This document shows, in pieces, positions 1-11,991 of a DNA stretch of 64,000 nt (the stretch's first letter is position 1; each line of letters opens with the position of its first letter). This stretch comes from Paraphysomonas bandaiensis (Eukaryota; Protista; Chrysophyceae): assembly GCA_965644295.1 (NCBI GenBank), contig CBFFRP010000397.1, positions 1-64,000 of the forward strand. The letters are read 5' to 3'. Position numbers and translations under genes: made by a program. The notes under the pieces are model-generated. The model saw only the letters and a list, made by a program, of their open reading frames with translations, did not search any database and was not told the origin of the DNA.

Positions 1-29
1 ATGTGTATGTGACTTTGAAATATATCTAG

Positions 30-423
30 CACTTAATACTAATATCCTACTATTTGACGCTACGGAGGCTGCTTGTGCGTCGCCCCACCCAAGCACCAAG
101 GTGCGACCACCTCCGCTCTCTGTCCTTAAGGTGAACTAACCCGAATGCTTAACTTCAGCAGGCAGCCCAAACCCCAGATGCCCTTGAGGTAGGCCCATCC
201 ACGGATTCCTGTTTACTCGTCAAAGCCCAAAGACGTCTACACAGGGAACAATTATTTTAGTGTCCCTTGTACCACATAAGCGTTCAGCTATGAGTGGGCA
301 GAACAATATCTGCTGACTATATAATATGCGGCTCACGTTAGTTTCCCGGAGAAATATCTCCGGTACTTATCCCCCAAAACACCACGAAAGGGCGTCATGC
401 TGCGAATCCGACTTTGTTGAGGG
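30..423 (-). mobile_element. Short non-autonomous retroelement copy (5' HDV-like ribozyme module + LINE-derived 3' tail)
   Basis: Reverse complement matches 28500-28810 and 60385-60749. Starts CCCTCAAC at 423; the tail motif GACGCACAAGCAGC...AAATAGTAGG is at 46-100. Left boundary approximate. Confidence 0.8.
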
Positions 424-430
424 CGTCATG

Positions 431-545
431 ATACTAGCTCTCGTAATACAATTAACCACAACTGCATACTACTCGTAACGGTTATAATTTCTAATTTAAA
501 TACCTCATAACTACAGCTTTCAATTGCTCTCATAATATAGCAGAG
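431..545 (-). repeat. Copia-type LTR fragment
   Basis: CTACAGCTTTCAATTGCTCTCA is the reverse complement of the LTR 5' portion seen at 19679, 37674 and 14241. Confidence 0.6.
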
Positions 546-699
546 GTATAACTCTTTGTTGGGCTATATTTCAGACCAGAAAGCAGAAAGAGTGGAATGG
601 GGTGCTAGTTAAAAAGGTGTAACTTTTAGTTGGGCTATATTTCGTGTATTCATGAGTCTACTGGTGAACATATGATAAACAGATGTTGTTGAGAACAGA

Positions 700-850
700 T
701 GTTTCACCAGATGTTACATGAATATGATGTAGTGAAGTATTTAGGCTAATAATCATAATTTGTTACTTGAAAGTGCATCGTATTCAACAAAGCAAGATTA
801 AGGTTGTCGTGTAGAGCAAAGTTAACTCCAGTGAAATGTCCAATTTTAAC
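700..850. repeat. Unclassified dispersed repeat (second copy at ~59277-59505)
   Basis: Shared CACC(A/T)GATGTTACATGAATATG...GAAAGTGCA.CGT.TTCAACAAAGCAAG.TTAAGGTT...CAGTGAAA(T)GTCCAATT. Confidence 0.65.
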
Positions 851-1053
851 ACAATCAACATGTCTAAATTTGACATCACATTTAATAACTACCATAAACT
901 ACCTTACATGTTATATTACATACAAGTTCAAGGAAAAAATGATTTTACCAAAATTATTCCACGAATTTGTTTACTGCTGCCCTACTGGACGAAGATCAAC
1001 AGAAAACTTTATGCAAGCATTGTGGGCAGGAAAAGTTTACTATATATAGATGA

Positions 1054-1945
1054 TTATGAGTTTTTTTCTGTGGGAACGGGGGGCACAGGAGCTAAATCAG
1101 TAGCGTTGGATGGCATTCTCCAATGAGGGGGTAGAGGAAGTCCAGTTGAGCTCTGAGGTAATAGTCCTGGCTCTGCTACACTACGCGCCTCTGTGAGTTT
1201 GAGTGGCTTCTGAAATATGACTAAACATGTTGGTTTCGTAAGCGTTTGACCAATTGCTTCGGCTGGGTATGGAACAGATTTGACATCCACAAAGTCTCTG
1301 TTCACAGCCCACATGATAGCACTCATTCTAATCTCTGGAATGCTTATCATAATTCTGCAACATCCTTGAAGAACCATTTGCTTCTCTACTCTTAATAACA
1401 ATCTATGACCGATTAGTACTCCTAGAGTATATTATTCAAATACAACATATGTAGCATACGCACACCATGATATCTCGGATCTACAGCAATATATCGTATA
1501 GCCCCTACATGCCCCTCTTCTTGTCCTACGCAGAAGAGTCACAACAATAGGAAAATATATTCTCCAATGTACCATTCTTCTTAGATATACCATCCGTTGT
1601 AAAGCAACAAACACCCAGTACTGTGCCATCATCTTCAACCCCTCGTCCACATGGTGCTTCCACAAGTGTCCAATAATATGTGGCGTCGCCTAACATCAAG
1701 GCCACAGTGTCCTCTGTAATGGTAGGGCCTTCCCGAAAAGCTTCATGTCCAAACACCTCCTTCGCATACGCACTATTAATTAATCTGGCAATGACCTCTA
1801 TATCTGCAGCAGTCGCATTACGAAATGCAAGGGCTTGGGCCGAGACGGTGATCTCATCAGAAAACACTTCTTGTACTTCGATAACCCCTTTACTCTCTCG
1901 TCGACTTTGTTCCACTAGATTATCTGCAATAGTTTGAGAATCCAT
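1054..1945 (-). CDS. GNAT-family N-acetyltransferase domain protein (intron-containing)
   Basis: FRNATAADIEVIARLINSAY start typical of GNAT; later VLGVCC and GAIRYIAVDPRYHG (motif A-like) across short GT-AG introns. Exon structure approximate. Confidence 0.65.
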
Positions 1946-2597
1946 GCCGCTGCCACACACCCATAAGATACTTATATAAATAGACATGAATAGCACAACA
2001 CCTCTGAATCATATCCGTTATTTGGGAAACTAATTTGGGATCCTTCTTCGTGACCGCATGCATCGTACTTCCCTGTAACTAATGACTTCACTAGTATGCT
2101 GTATAGGATAGAACGACTTGAAATAAGAGGGTTAATTAAAACTACGACATTTGAAAGGGGCGAATGAAGTAAAAGAAAGTGTTGAGTTGTGGCAGTTGCA
2201 GAACTGATTGTTACGAATTATTAGAGTACGTATTTTGTATATACGGTTGCTGGTACATTTGTGTCACACGACGACAAGTACAGTCCGTATTCCAGCACCA
2301 TTACAGCATATACATATAGACAATACAGCCTGTATTCTATACAGTATACAAAGCAGTATAATCCGAGTACACAAATCAGATCTCTCCATTGCTCACACAG
2401 CACATTTTTTTGCAGTTTTGGTGGAGGGGGGGGTTAGCAAAAATGCTTACCAAAAAAATGCTTACCCTTGTAACAGAAAATGACCTTTGGCCTGAAAACC
2501 TCAAAAAAACGACAAAACAGTAACATATAGAAACACACGTTACAACATTAACCTCTTAAAGTGTTGATACAAAGTATTCATTATAGATGATTGAGAC

Positions 2598-3605
2598 ATG
2601 AATATCTTCCCAACAAGTAGTCGACATGACAGGCTTATGTATTTATTCGATGAAGCTGACCGGAGAGGGGAGTTATTTCATTGCTATTGTAAAGAAAATC
2701 CGAAAGAATGACGCGATTACAAGAAGCAGCAGATAATTGAGCTCATGATAGAAAATGGAGAGGCATCGACAGTAGATGAAGCAGAGGAAATCATGAAGGA
2801 AAGTCTAGAAATAGATCTGACTTAAATTTTTGCCGGGAAGCTGCGGAAAAGTACATTTCTCAGCTATCTCCGGAGGAATATAAGGGTCTCTTCAGAATGT
2901 CTCCATCTCCAGGATGAGTGTCTCGGTGGAATTGATGGGTTACTTGTTTATATCAAACTTCCAGCTGGAGTTCGAAATGCCCGTCCTTATCGCTGTTACA
3001 AGTCGTTCTACGCTTTGAATATGCAAGGAGTAGCTGATTACAACGGCGAGTTCTTGTACGTAAATGTAGGTCATAAGGGTGCAACTGCGGATGGATGTGC
3101 CATAAGGAAATCGCGATTCTGGCAGCGCTGCAAAGACGATGAATTCAAAGTCTCTGAAGAGAACTTCTTTGTTGGAGATGCGGCATACAGCCTGATGCCT
3201 TGTTTACTGTGTCCATTTGAAGGGGCACATGGACTCAATACCCGAGAAGATTTATTCAATCTTTATTTATCCAAAGGACGACAGGTCATCGAAAGAGCTT
3301 TCGGAATGATGACCAGTATGTAATAATGCGTAGCAATATACGTTATAGTGTTGCTTATAGCAGTACTGACTAGGTGGCGCATTCTTGTAGCACCTCTAGA
3401 GCGTCTTACCATCAGAGCTATGGTGAAAATTATTAAAGTCCGTTGCTAGCTACATAATCTATGTCTGAGGGATAGATTATCGACAGGTATAGTTGTAAAT
3501 CATGCGGAATTACAGGCGCATTCATTCCGCCCAGACTGTCCAAAGAATGGTGTCGTACCAAAAGTTAGATTGCATGTCGCTATCGCTCCCACTAAAGGAG
3601 TCTAA
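2598..3605 (+). pseudogene. PIF/Harbinger DDE transposase (DDE_Tnp_4-like), degenerate
   Basis: CLGGIDG, YKSFYALNMQGVAD, GATADG, GDAAY, FNLYLSKGRQVIERAFG, then RWRIL after a short intron; stops and frameshifts upstream and downstream. Confidence 0.88.
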
Positions 3606-3791
3606 TAAAGAATTGATCTTTATAATAGTAAAATAATGTTGTGATTATTAGAGTGTAAGTAATGAACACGATAGAGTGAAAATTATGAACAACAATATAG
3701 AACATAACTATCATGCACAACGGAATAGTTAGATCATGTATCTTCGACAGATACTCTCTCTAATTCAGTTCATGATATATTTCATTGAACA

Positions 3792-4427
3792 TTATAACTC
3801 ACAGATACAATCACTGAATCCTAATAAGTCTCTTCTGCCGCTTTTCCGCAGACGGAAAGGCTTTTCGGCGTCCGTGTTCACGTAGATGTTGTTCGGCGAC
3901 AACAACTTCTCAGGGAAAGTAGCCCCACCTTTCGTGACATGCGCCCTTGTCATATTAAAATCCCAGCTGTGCTCATCCTTGTACTGATCGAACACTACTG
4001 TTGGATTCTGTAGTATCGGCATCAAATTCTTGAAGCATGCGGTCATGTTAGTGAGACCTGTGTAAGGAAACCATTACCCAATACAGCATGAATGCGCATT
4101 ACTTATCATACCTTTCACGATCTCTACATCCGTCTCGACATCTCTGTCGCCTTTGTAGCCCATTAATACTTGGGCAAAAGTAGAATTTGTGTTCGGATAC
4201 TGCACGCTTAAACAGTACGCAAGTCTGTAGTGATATAGCACTGTTATGAACACATTATTGAAAGGATTTATTAATTCACCTGAGTATGTTGCACTCAACT
4301 CGGTACTGTCTTTCCAGATTCGACATTAACTGCACTCGCTTACTTCACAGGCCTCGTCTCTCATAGCCTGTGCCGAATCCAGCAGAGTCTCAGTATCTGT
4401 CTTGGATTGCTTTCTCTTGGCTGGCAT
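3792..4427 (-). CDS. Unknown intron-containing protein (MPAKRKQSK...), convergent with the Harbinger transposase; possible accessory gene
   Basis: ATG at 4427, basic N-terminus, ORFs 4074-4298 and 3792-4046 separated by GT-AG intron-like spacers. No recognisable domain. Confidence 0.4.
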
Positions 4428-5451
4428 AGTACAGATATAGAGTGGAGTATGTATATTTGTAGTGAACTATGGAGTAGATATATATCGACCAGGTAGCATG
4501 TCTGCAGCGCCATTTCCGACATAGCACCTGGCCCTAGATTCGGCCTGGTCTAGAAAATGTTGGGCCAGGCCAAAAATTTCTTAGACTTGGATGAAAAAAC
4601 TGCACCAGGTCTGAATTTTATTTTGGGAGGTGTGTGAGCTTTTTTTTGTATGGAAGGGATGACCTGGCCTGAATAAAGCCCGCTATTTAGACCAGGCCGA
4701 AAATATTTTTCATCAAGTCCGCAAAATTCTGGGCCTGGCCCAACATTATCTAGACCAGGTCGAATCTAGGGCCAGGTGCTATGTCGGAAATGGCGCTGCA
4801 GACATGCTACCTGGTCGATATATATCTACTCCATAGTTCACCACAAATATACATACTCCACTCTATATCTGTACTATGCCAGCCAAGAGAAAGCAATCCA
4901 AGACAGATACTGAGACTCTGCTGGATTCGGCACAGGCTATGAGAGACGAGGCCTGTGAAGTAAGCGAGTGCAGTTAATGTCGAATCTGGAAAGACAGTAC
5001 CGAGTTGAGTGCAACATGCTCAGGTGAATTAATAAATCCTTTCAATAATGTGTTCATAACAGTGCTATATCACTACAGACTTGCGTACTGTTTAAGCGTG
5101 CAGTATCCGAACACAAATTCTACTTTTGCCCAAGTATTAATGGGCTACAAAGGCGACAGAGATGTCGAGACGGATGTAGAGATCGTGAAAGGTATGATAA
5201 GTAATGCGCATTCATGCTGTATTGGGTAATGGTTTCCTTACACAGGTCTCACTAACATGACCGCATGCTTCAAGAATTTGATGCCGATACTACAGGATCC
5301 AACAGTAGTGTTCGATCAGTACAAGGATGAGCACAGCTGGGATTTTAATATGACAAGGGCGCATGTCACGAAAGGTGGGTTTACTTTCCCTGAGAAGTTG
5401 TTGTCGCCGAACAACATCTACGTGAACACGGACGCCGAGAAGCCTTTCCGT
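3852..5451. repeat. ~1.6-kb palindrome: ~750-bp inverted arms around a ~100-bp spacer
   Basis: 3852-~4599 is the reverse complement of ~4705-5451; near-identical ORFs on opposite strands (4074-4298 vs 5005-5229; 3792-4046 vs 5257-5466). Confidence 0.95.
4876..5451 (+). pseudogene. 3'-truncated inverted duplicate of the 3792-4427 gene
   Basis: Same sequence with a few substitutions; cut off at 5451 by the CACTA-like element. Confidence 0.6.
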
Positions 5452-5452
5452 G

Positions 5453-8150
5453 CACTAGTGAAATAAAAGTAGTTCATTCGACAGTGAATTGTCAGTTAAT
5501 CTGAAAAGTGTGGTTCATATGACCGTTCATCCGATGCAAGCTCTTAGTGCTCAACACTCAAATACTCCGGACACTCCTCTACAAAGCCACTAAAGCCTCC
5601 TGGACATACGCCAAGTTCCTTGAAATAGACACACTACTTGCACGCGCCGCAAGGGCAGTCCTGCGCCTACCCCCAGGATACCCCACAGCACTCATCTACC
5701 TTCCAACGAAGTACAAAGGACTTGGGTTACGCAAGTTCTCCACCTGTGCTCAGACCCAAAAGTGGCACGCTCTGCAAAGAGCCATCACCCTTGGAGGCGA
5801 GCCCAAACAAGCTGCGTTATCCATTCTACAACGCCACGACCTAAACCACCCCGACATTGACCTATACATCACTAGCCTGGTCCAATGGGGACAACAGCTC
5901 GGAATCCGTTTGCAGCCTCCATCACCGTCCACGCCCCAATTCCGAGACACCATTGACAGGGTACAATCCCAACTCCAATTGTACGACGATCACCCCCACG
6001 ACTATCAAGCCATCTTCACTGATGGCTCCTTCACTCGCACCAATCTCACCCCCACCCACCTACTCGGAACCTCGCACACCCAGAATGCCACGCACAACGG
6101 GGGAGCAGCAATTGCACAACTAGAGTTACAGACCAACCAAAATCCTCCACCTCACAACCCCAGAGCACACCACACCTGGACTAACATCATACACATACGA
6201 GACCCTTGCGATGTCAGCTGCACTAATGTTCTCCAAAGTCATACCACCCACTGTGCCTATGTGTACTGACTGTCAGGCAGTTCAAACACGAACCACAGAA
6301 GCCCTGTCACGCAGGAGGAGAGCACTAGGCACGAAGCCCCTGGGCGTCTTCTACGAATGCCTTGCCACAGAACATCACAAACAACGTCCAATCAAATGGG
6401 TTCGTTCCCACCCCGAACGCCGAGTGCCAGACCAAAGTAAGTGGACCTACAACGACCATGGCATCTACATAGCTGACGCGGCCGCCAGCGGGGATTGGAC
6501 AACGATCAACAAAATACTCGGCGCCACCAACTACAGAGTGGTCACAACTGAAATCACACACCTCCTAGAGGAATTCCTCACCACTGGCCAATGGCACTGG
6601 AGGAGATATGACAAATATCTTCTCACAGACAGTGGCCCCATGCTAGGGGACGTCACCGAACTCCAACACCACTGGGACCTCCACCAGTACACACTCTCAC
6701 GAGAGATGGCACGTACGCCACACGTACAAGCCGAGACCCACAGTATTGGACACGTAGCGGTACGAGGCTTCCACACAAACTTCACCCTCTCCGCACCAAC
6801 AATAACTCCCCAAAATGCTACGTCTCGTTCCAAGACCGCATACGCGAAACTGCATATGTATGGGACAAATCATACGCAATCGGCAGAAATCGAGCCAAGG
6901 GCAAAACCGGAGACGACCTCACAACCGCCGCCAAATGCACAGACTATGACTACACAACGGACACCATGGCACACATGCTCCTCCAATGCACACAACCGGA
7001 GATTGCCCTCATACGCGAACACGCCTTCCAAACACAGCAATCACAACTTGACAAACTCCACAGAGGCAACGACACCCTCGTCCATGGTTCCACACCGCTC
7101 TGAACAAATTGGCAAAGGCTGCATGGGATCCTACCACACTCAAAGTTGAAAGATACTGGACCGGCCAACTCACCGCATCGCAACTAGCAAACGCCTTCGG
7201 CTGCAACATTTCCACGCCATTACTCAAATATCAGTTCCACAAACTAGAACAATCTGTCACCAAGATTCTACTCCCTCTCTACAACGGAGGGATAAACATG
7301 CTCAAAAACAGAGGCTGCAGACATCACAACATCAAGGCAACACCACTGACGCAACCCTCGACTCCTACAAGCTCACAACCACACCGCACACACACTGCCA
7401 CCAACCCGACAACCCTTCAGCTACTTCAAGCAACATCCACCCCTAGAGCCAAGCCCCCCACGCGACCTCGCTCACAACAACGCAGGCCTGCAAACCCGGT
7501 CCGAATACAAACGACTCTCACCTCCAAACGAAACCCAGACACGACTGGAGCTCCCGGACCCTCTGTCACCGACTCACACTCACGAATCAAAACCCCACCC
7601 TCCACATCCCGGCTCACAAGTGGCTCAGGACCGACAGAGACATTACCCAAAGGAAGACCACCGGACTAAGCCCAACACAAGGGATGGTTGCACTAAGGTG
7701 CTTGCAGCAATGCACAAGCAGTCCCGAGACAACTCAGTATTTAGCAACTTTGCTACCTCTAGTCTAAAGTCGTAGATAGCTAAACAAAGTAGTTCTCTCA
7801 TGTAATAATCAGATCTTTATATTATAATATAATATAATATGACCGTTCATCCGACAGTGCACGAAAAGCGCCAATAATGAATGGTTCACATGACAGTTCA
7901 TCCAACAGTGAATTCGAGAGCTATGAAAATATTTTTTAAGGCGTCTGTTCATGTGGCAGTGCATATGGCAGTTCAGATATTTGCTCAGTGCATATGGCAG
8001 TTCAGATATTTTCTCAGGGCATATGACGGTTCACTGTCGGATGAACGAACAATTAACTGTCATATGAACTGCCATATGGACTGTCTTATGAACGGACAAT
8101 TAACTGCCATGTGGACTTTCATATGAGCTGCCTCCGTTTCACTACTAGTG
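5453..8150. mobile_element. Non-autonomous CACTA/EnSpm-like element (~390 bp once the nested LINE is removed)
   Basis: Left end CACTAGTGAAA...GTAGTTCAT; right end ATGAGCTGC...TTTCACTACTAGTG; many internal CATATGRCAGTTCA-type repeats in both orientations; TG on both flanks. Confidence 0.65.
5535..7838 (+). mobile_element. 5'-truncated non-LTR retrotransposon (LINE) with RT C-terminus, RNase H and zinc-knuckle remnant
   Basis: 16-bp TSD ATGACCGTTCATCCGA (5519-5534, 7839-7854) and a (TATAA)n tail. GLGL thumb motif; RNase H motifs IFTDGS, TDCQAV, WVRSHPER, ADAAA; HMLLQC knuckle; ORF ends PKGRPPD at 7669; frameshifted. Confidence 0.9.
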
Positions 8151-9010
8151 TGTAGTGAAACTAACTCAGTCGTATAATTTGCGCAGGTGGCATGAAACTC
8201 CTGCGACCCGTGACGATGGGGCAGGTGGTGAGGAGTGATCGATGCCGGCTGGGGGTGGGACACCCAACAAACAGTCTACGGCAGATGACTCATCATCAGG
8301 GAGTGAGCAGACTCCATGTGCCTTACCCGAGAGAAGCGTGAGCACTTCGTCTAGAGAGGCAAGTGTGTGTGTCCCTATAGTTGTCAAACTGCTAACCTGG
8401 CTGCTATAAGCAAGAGGGTACGCACTGATCATCAGACAGCAGACGTATTTACGAAATCGTTGTGTGGTGTAACTTTCGAGAAACACAGGAAGAGTTGTCT
8501 AGGAGAGGATCGAAATCATCTGTTGTGGTTTTTAGAGAAAATTCGTTCATACGACGTAAGTGATCAGTTGACTCTGCACTGAGACTAGCTGAAATGTCGG
8601 AGTCATACGTCCACCTGTTTGTCCTGTTTGGTTTCGGTGGTTGCGTATCCGTCAATTATATCTTGTGATGTGAAGAGTCTATCTACAGCTTTGAATTGAG
8701 AGGGTTGAGTTCTGCTATATGAGAGCAATTGAAAGCTGTAGTTATAAGATATTTAAATTACAGTAGTATACTGTTGTAGTCTTGTTAATCGTACTGTGAG
8801 AATGAATGACGATAAGTATAAAGTGGTAAAACGAAATATTATAGTGACGATACAAGTTTTAGTGACGAAGTAAGATCGTCGTGGGAGAAATGAGTGGTAG
8901 TAGAGAGACAACATAAAATTGATGAATGATAAGAGATGATTAAAATTTATAATTCTCAGCATTGAGTGTAAGTTACCTTCTGTTGTTAAGTTAATACTTC
9001 TCATATAATA
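8151..9010 (+). mobile_element. Copia LTR-retrotransposon 3' remnant (RNase H end, PPT, LTR)
   Basis: QTADVFTKSL Copia RNase H motif (8367-8582); purine tract TGAGAGGG at ~8697 followed by an LTR-like sequence; homologous to 15160-15390 and 19380-19984. Confidence 0.8.
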
Positions 9011-9871
9011 ATGTCAAACTTTGATATTCATGATATATTTCATTGACCATTTTTACTCACAGATACTACCTTATATTAAGCTGAATCCTAATCATATTAA
9101 CTTAAGATCAATATATCACTTGCGCATGGGGATTCCACATACTGCGCTCTGGCCTCCTTGCAGTTTATGGGTCGACTCGACGCGCTGTCCTCCATGGAGA
9201 AAGACACAATGCTACGCTGGTGCTTGCGAAGGTGGGTCCTATATTGGTCACGTTTTTCCGGTAACATTGACTTTCTAGGCAAGACTCTGGATTTTCTGGG
9301 CGGACCAACAAGACCAATGACACCTGCTACTCTCCTTCTGGATTGGTGCTTCTATTCACATCCTTGGATTTCCGCTGACGGATGTGTTATCAACCCGTGG
9401 GTTTGTAGCCGGGAAATGTCAGAGTGTAACCACTGGTGGGTTTGGAAAAACTCCTGCGGCACCTCCAGATATTCTCCATTCGTTTTATTCACTTGTATGC
9501 CTTTCCTTGGCCGAGGAACCCGGTACCCACATGATAGACACTTCCATAGGATTACGTCAAGATAGGAGCCCTCCGTTGTATCAACCCTAATTTATCTGTA
9601 CAATTTACGTGCATATTGTAATTGGATTTAATACAGTATTGATTTTTTGTGTGGGGTGGTTGCTCGTATCGATTGTTGGAAAAGTGATATCTATTTTGCG
9701 AACTATATTTCGAGCCAATATGGGGTGTAGTGTACTAAATTCATGTTGTCTCAACTACAAATCATTTCCATAAAATATTAGATAATATCACGATCTTATA
9801 AGGTCAATATATTTCAGTTTCACTACTATGCTTGCTATCATGACATTAGTTCTTACAATATAATGCAGTTA

Positions 9872-11460
9872 GGGAAATATTATTCAACCTACTAGTCAAA
9901 TTGGTTGAATTACCTCTAGTCACGCTATTTTTGGTGGAATAACCTAGTCAAAAAGTAATAAATGACTCAACCTAGTCAACTTTGGTATTCAACCTAGCCG
10001 TTCTTATATCCATTGATCACACCACACGATATATTAGTGGCTTACAGAGCATCAAAACACTCAAACATAACAACAAGCTCATATATATACATATCTACTT
10101 AACACAGGTGTACGTGTATGTCTATCTAGCCTATCTATAGCATGTAAGTATATAGCGATGGGTATCTGTGAGTGTTATATATACTGAGAGGAGGGTCCAT
10201 GAAGCTGTAGGTATAACTCACTCTATGATCCGCAGGACAACTTGAGATCTTCATAGTATGCTGTGAGTGATGGCGCTCATCTTCCTTCACTTCTCTGCTG
10301 AATGACTTCAATGAGTGCATTGGCTTTCAGGGATGCATAAATCCCCATGTTTCTAGTCCAACAAAGAAAATAAGAGGTTTTCAGGGAACAAGCTTGCGAA
10401 AACAGCATCATTGAAGTGGACTGTAGGCAGAGTGTAGAGCTGCAGCAGAACATCAGAATCATGAGGAGCGTGTCTCTCATCAGTCTTACAGTATCATGAG
10501 GAGTGTGTCTCTCATCAGTCTTTCTATTCTTCAGATCACGTACTTTCAGCCTGCCTTACGGATATGTCGTATTGTGGATTCAGGCCCTCTGAACTGCAAT
10601 CGCATGACTAGGTTTTATATTGTACTGATGCTTTTTAGTAGAGTACTGATCACTCTATTATATGTAGGTACCACAGCATATATATGTTGTAAGGGAGGTC
10701 TCTTATAACATCAAGAGCAAAACCTATATTATTATCGTTCTTGTCTACAACTGTCCGCGGCTGTGGGATACTAGTAGCTATTGATCCTACCTCTAGCCGT
10801 GCATCATTTGTGAGATCCTACTCTGCATATATATATCACAATATATTTTACGATCTTGTGACTGTTAATCATTGTAGGACACAATATATTTTACAATCTT
10901 GTGAGTGCTAATCATTGTATGACAGGCACCACAGTATAATATTATGTATGTCGTACGGGAGATCCCTTAATGATCAAGCGCAAACCCAATATTGCTTGTG
11001 AGGTACGTAAAATACATTTATAGCTCTCTACATATCTTAATTATGTGCTCAGGGGACATGATGTGAAGCACATGTTGATTTCCATTTAGACTCTCACAAT
11101 GCAGCGAGGTCCCTCATCAACGGTGAACCCACCGATGTCATGACCCTTGGGAAGCTATGGAACTGCACCGGACATGGTCACGAGAAACTGTCCAATTCTC
11201 ATTGGAATGCAACGTTATAATGTTATGTATTGCATGTATACAATATATACATTTATTAATTAATGGCTAGAGTATGCTCCCATGTTTGAATGCAAACTTT
11301 TATTTTTGACTAGGTGAATACCATAAACACCTAGTCATTGTAAACTAAAAATATGAATTATTAAATGACTAGGGTTTTCAACCGCTTGACTAGGTTTTTA
11401 CACCAATTTTGGTGTGACTAGGAAACTACACCAATTTGACTAGGTCCAATAATAGATCCC
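9872..11460. mobile_element. Non-autonomous Mutator (MULE)-like element inserted in a reverse-oriented LTR
   Basis: 10-bp TSD AATGCAGTTA (9862-9871, 11461-11470); imperfect TIRs GGGAAATATTATT...CTAGTCAAATTGG / CCAATTTGACTAG...AATAATAGATCCC with repeated CCTAGTCA units; LTR-like sequence continues on both sides (9720-9870, 11470-11545). Confidence 0.8.
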
Positions 11461-11991
11461 AATGCAGTTAACCACTTCTGTATTCTTCCATTAACAGTCA
11501 TAAGTCAAATATGTTTGAACTACAGCTGTCAATTGCTCTCAACGGATTATTAGAATTCAATGCATTCACATTCCATGTGGTTGAGGAATACACTACTTGT
11601 CATGGTATACACTGATCATAAAACAGGTACACCCGTTATCATGGATGAATAAAGCAGAAGTAGGCGCCGATACAGTGCACATTAAATAAAGTATTCTTCT
11701 ATACATAAACTATCCTGAATAGAATACTTTGACAGGCAATCAAATTCCAATCTAAAATATGGAAAACAAGTCGAGGGTCAACCGACACACTGAGAATGAT
11801 TCACCCATAGTCAGATTGCGCCTTGTCGTTTGCCCGAGGGTGCTGTGCAGTACTGCATGTTACACTACTTTCCACTTTCAGTTGAGGTACATACCATTGT
11901 TAATGACTCCCCGCCCACTGGCGCCCCTAAGGTCGGATATGCTGTATGACATAATATAACTCGAGTTTTGACAAATCATATGCAATAGATA

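Noticed and set aside
7880-8125. Short periodic repeats that could be mistaken for a CRISPR array
   Set aside because: Eukaryotic context, no unique spacers, mixed orientation, no cas genes; explained as CACTA-type internal repeats.
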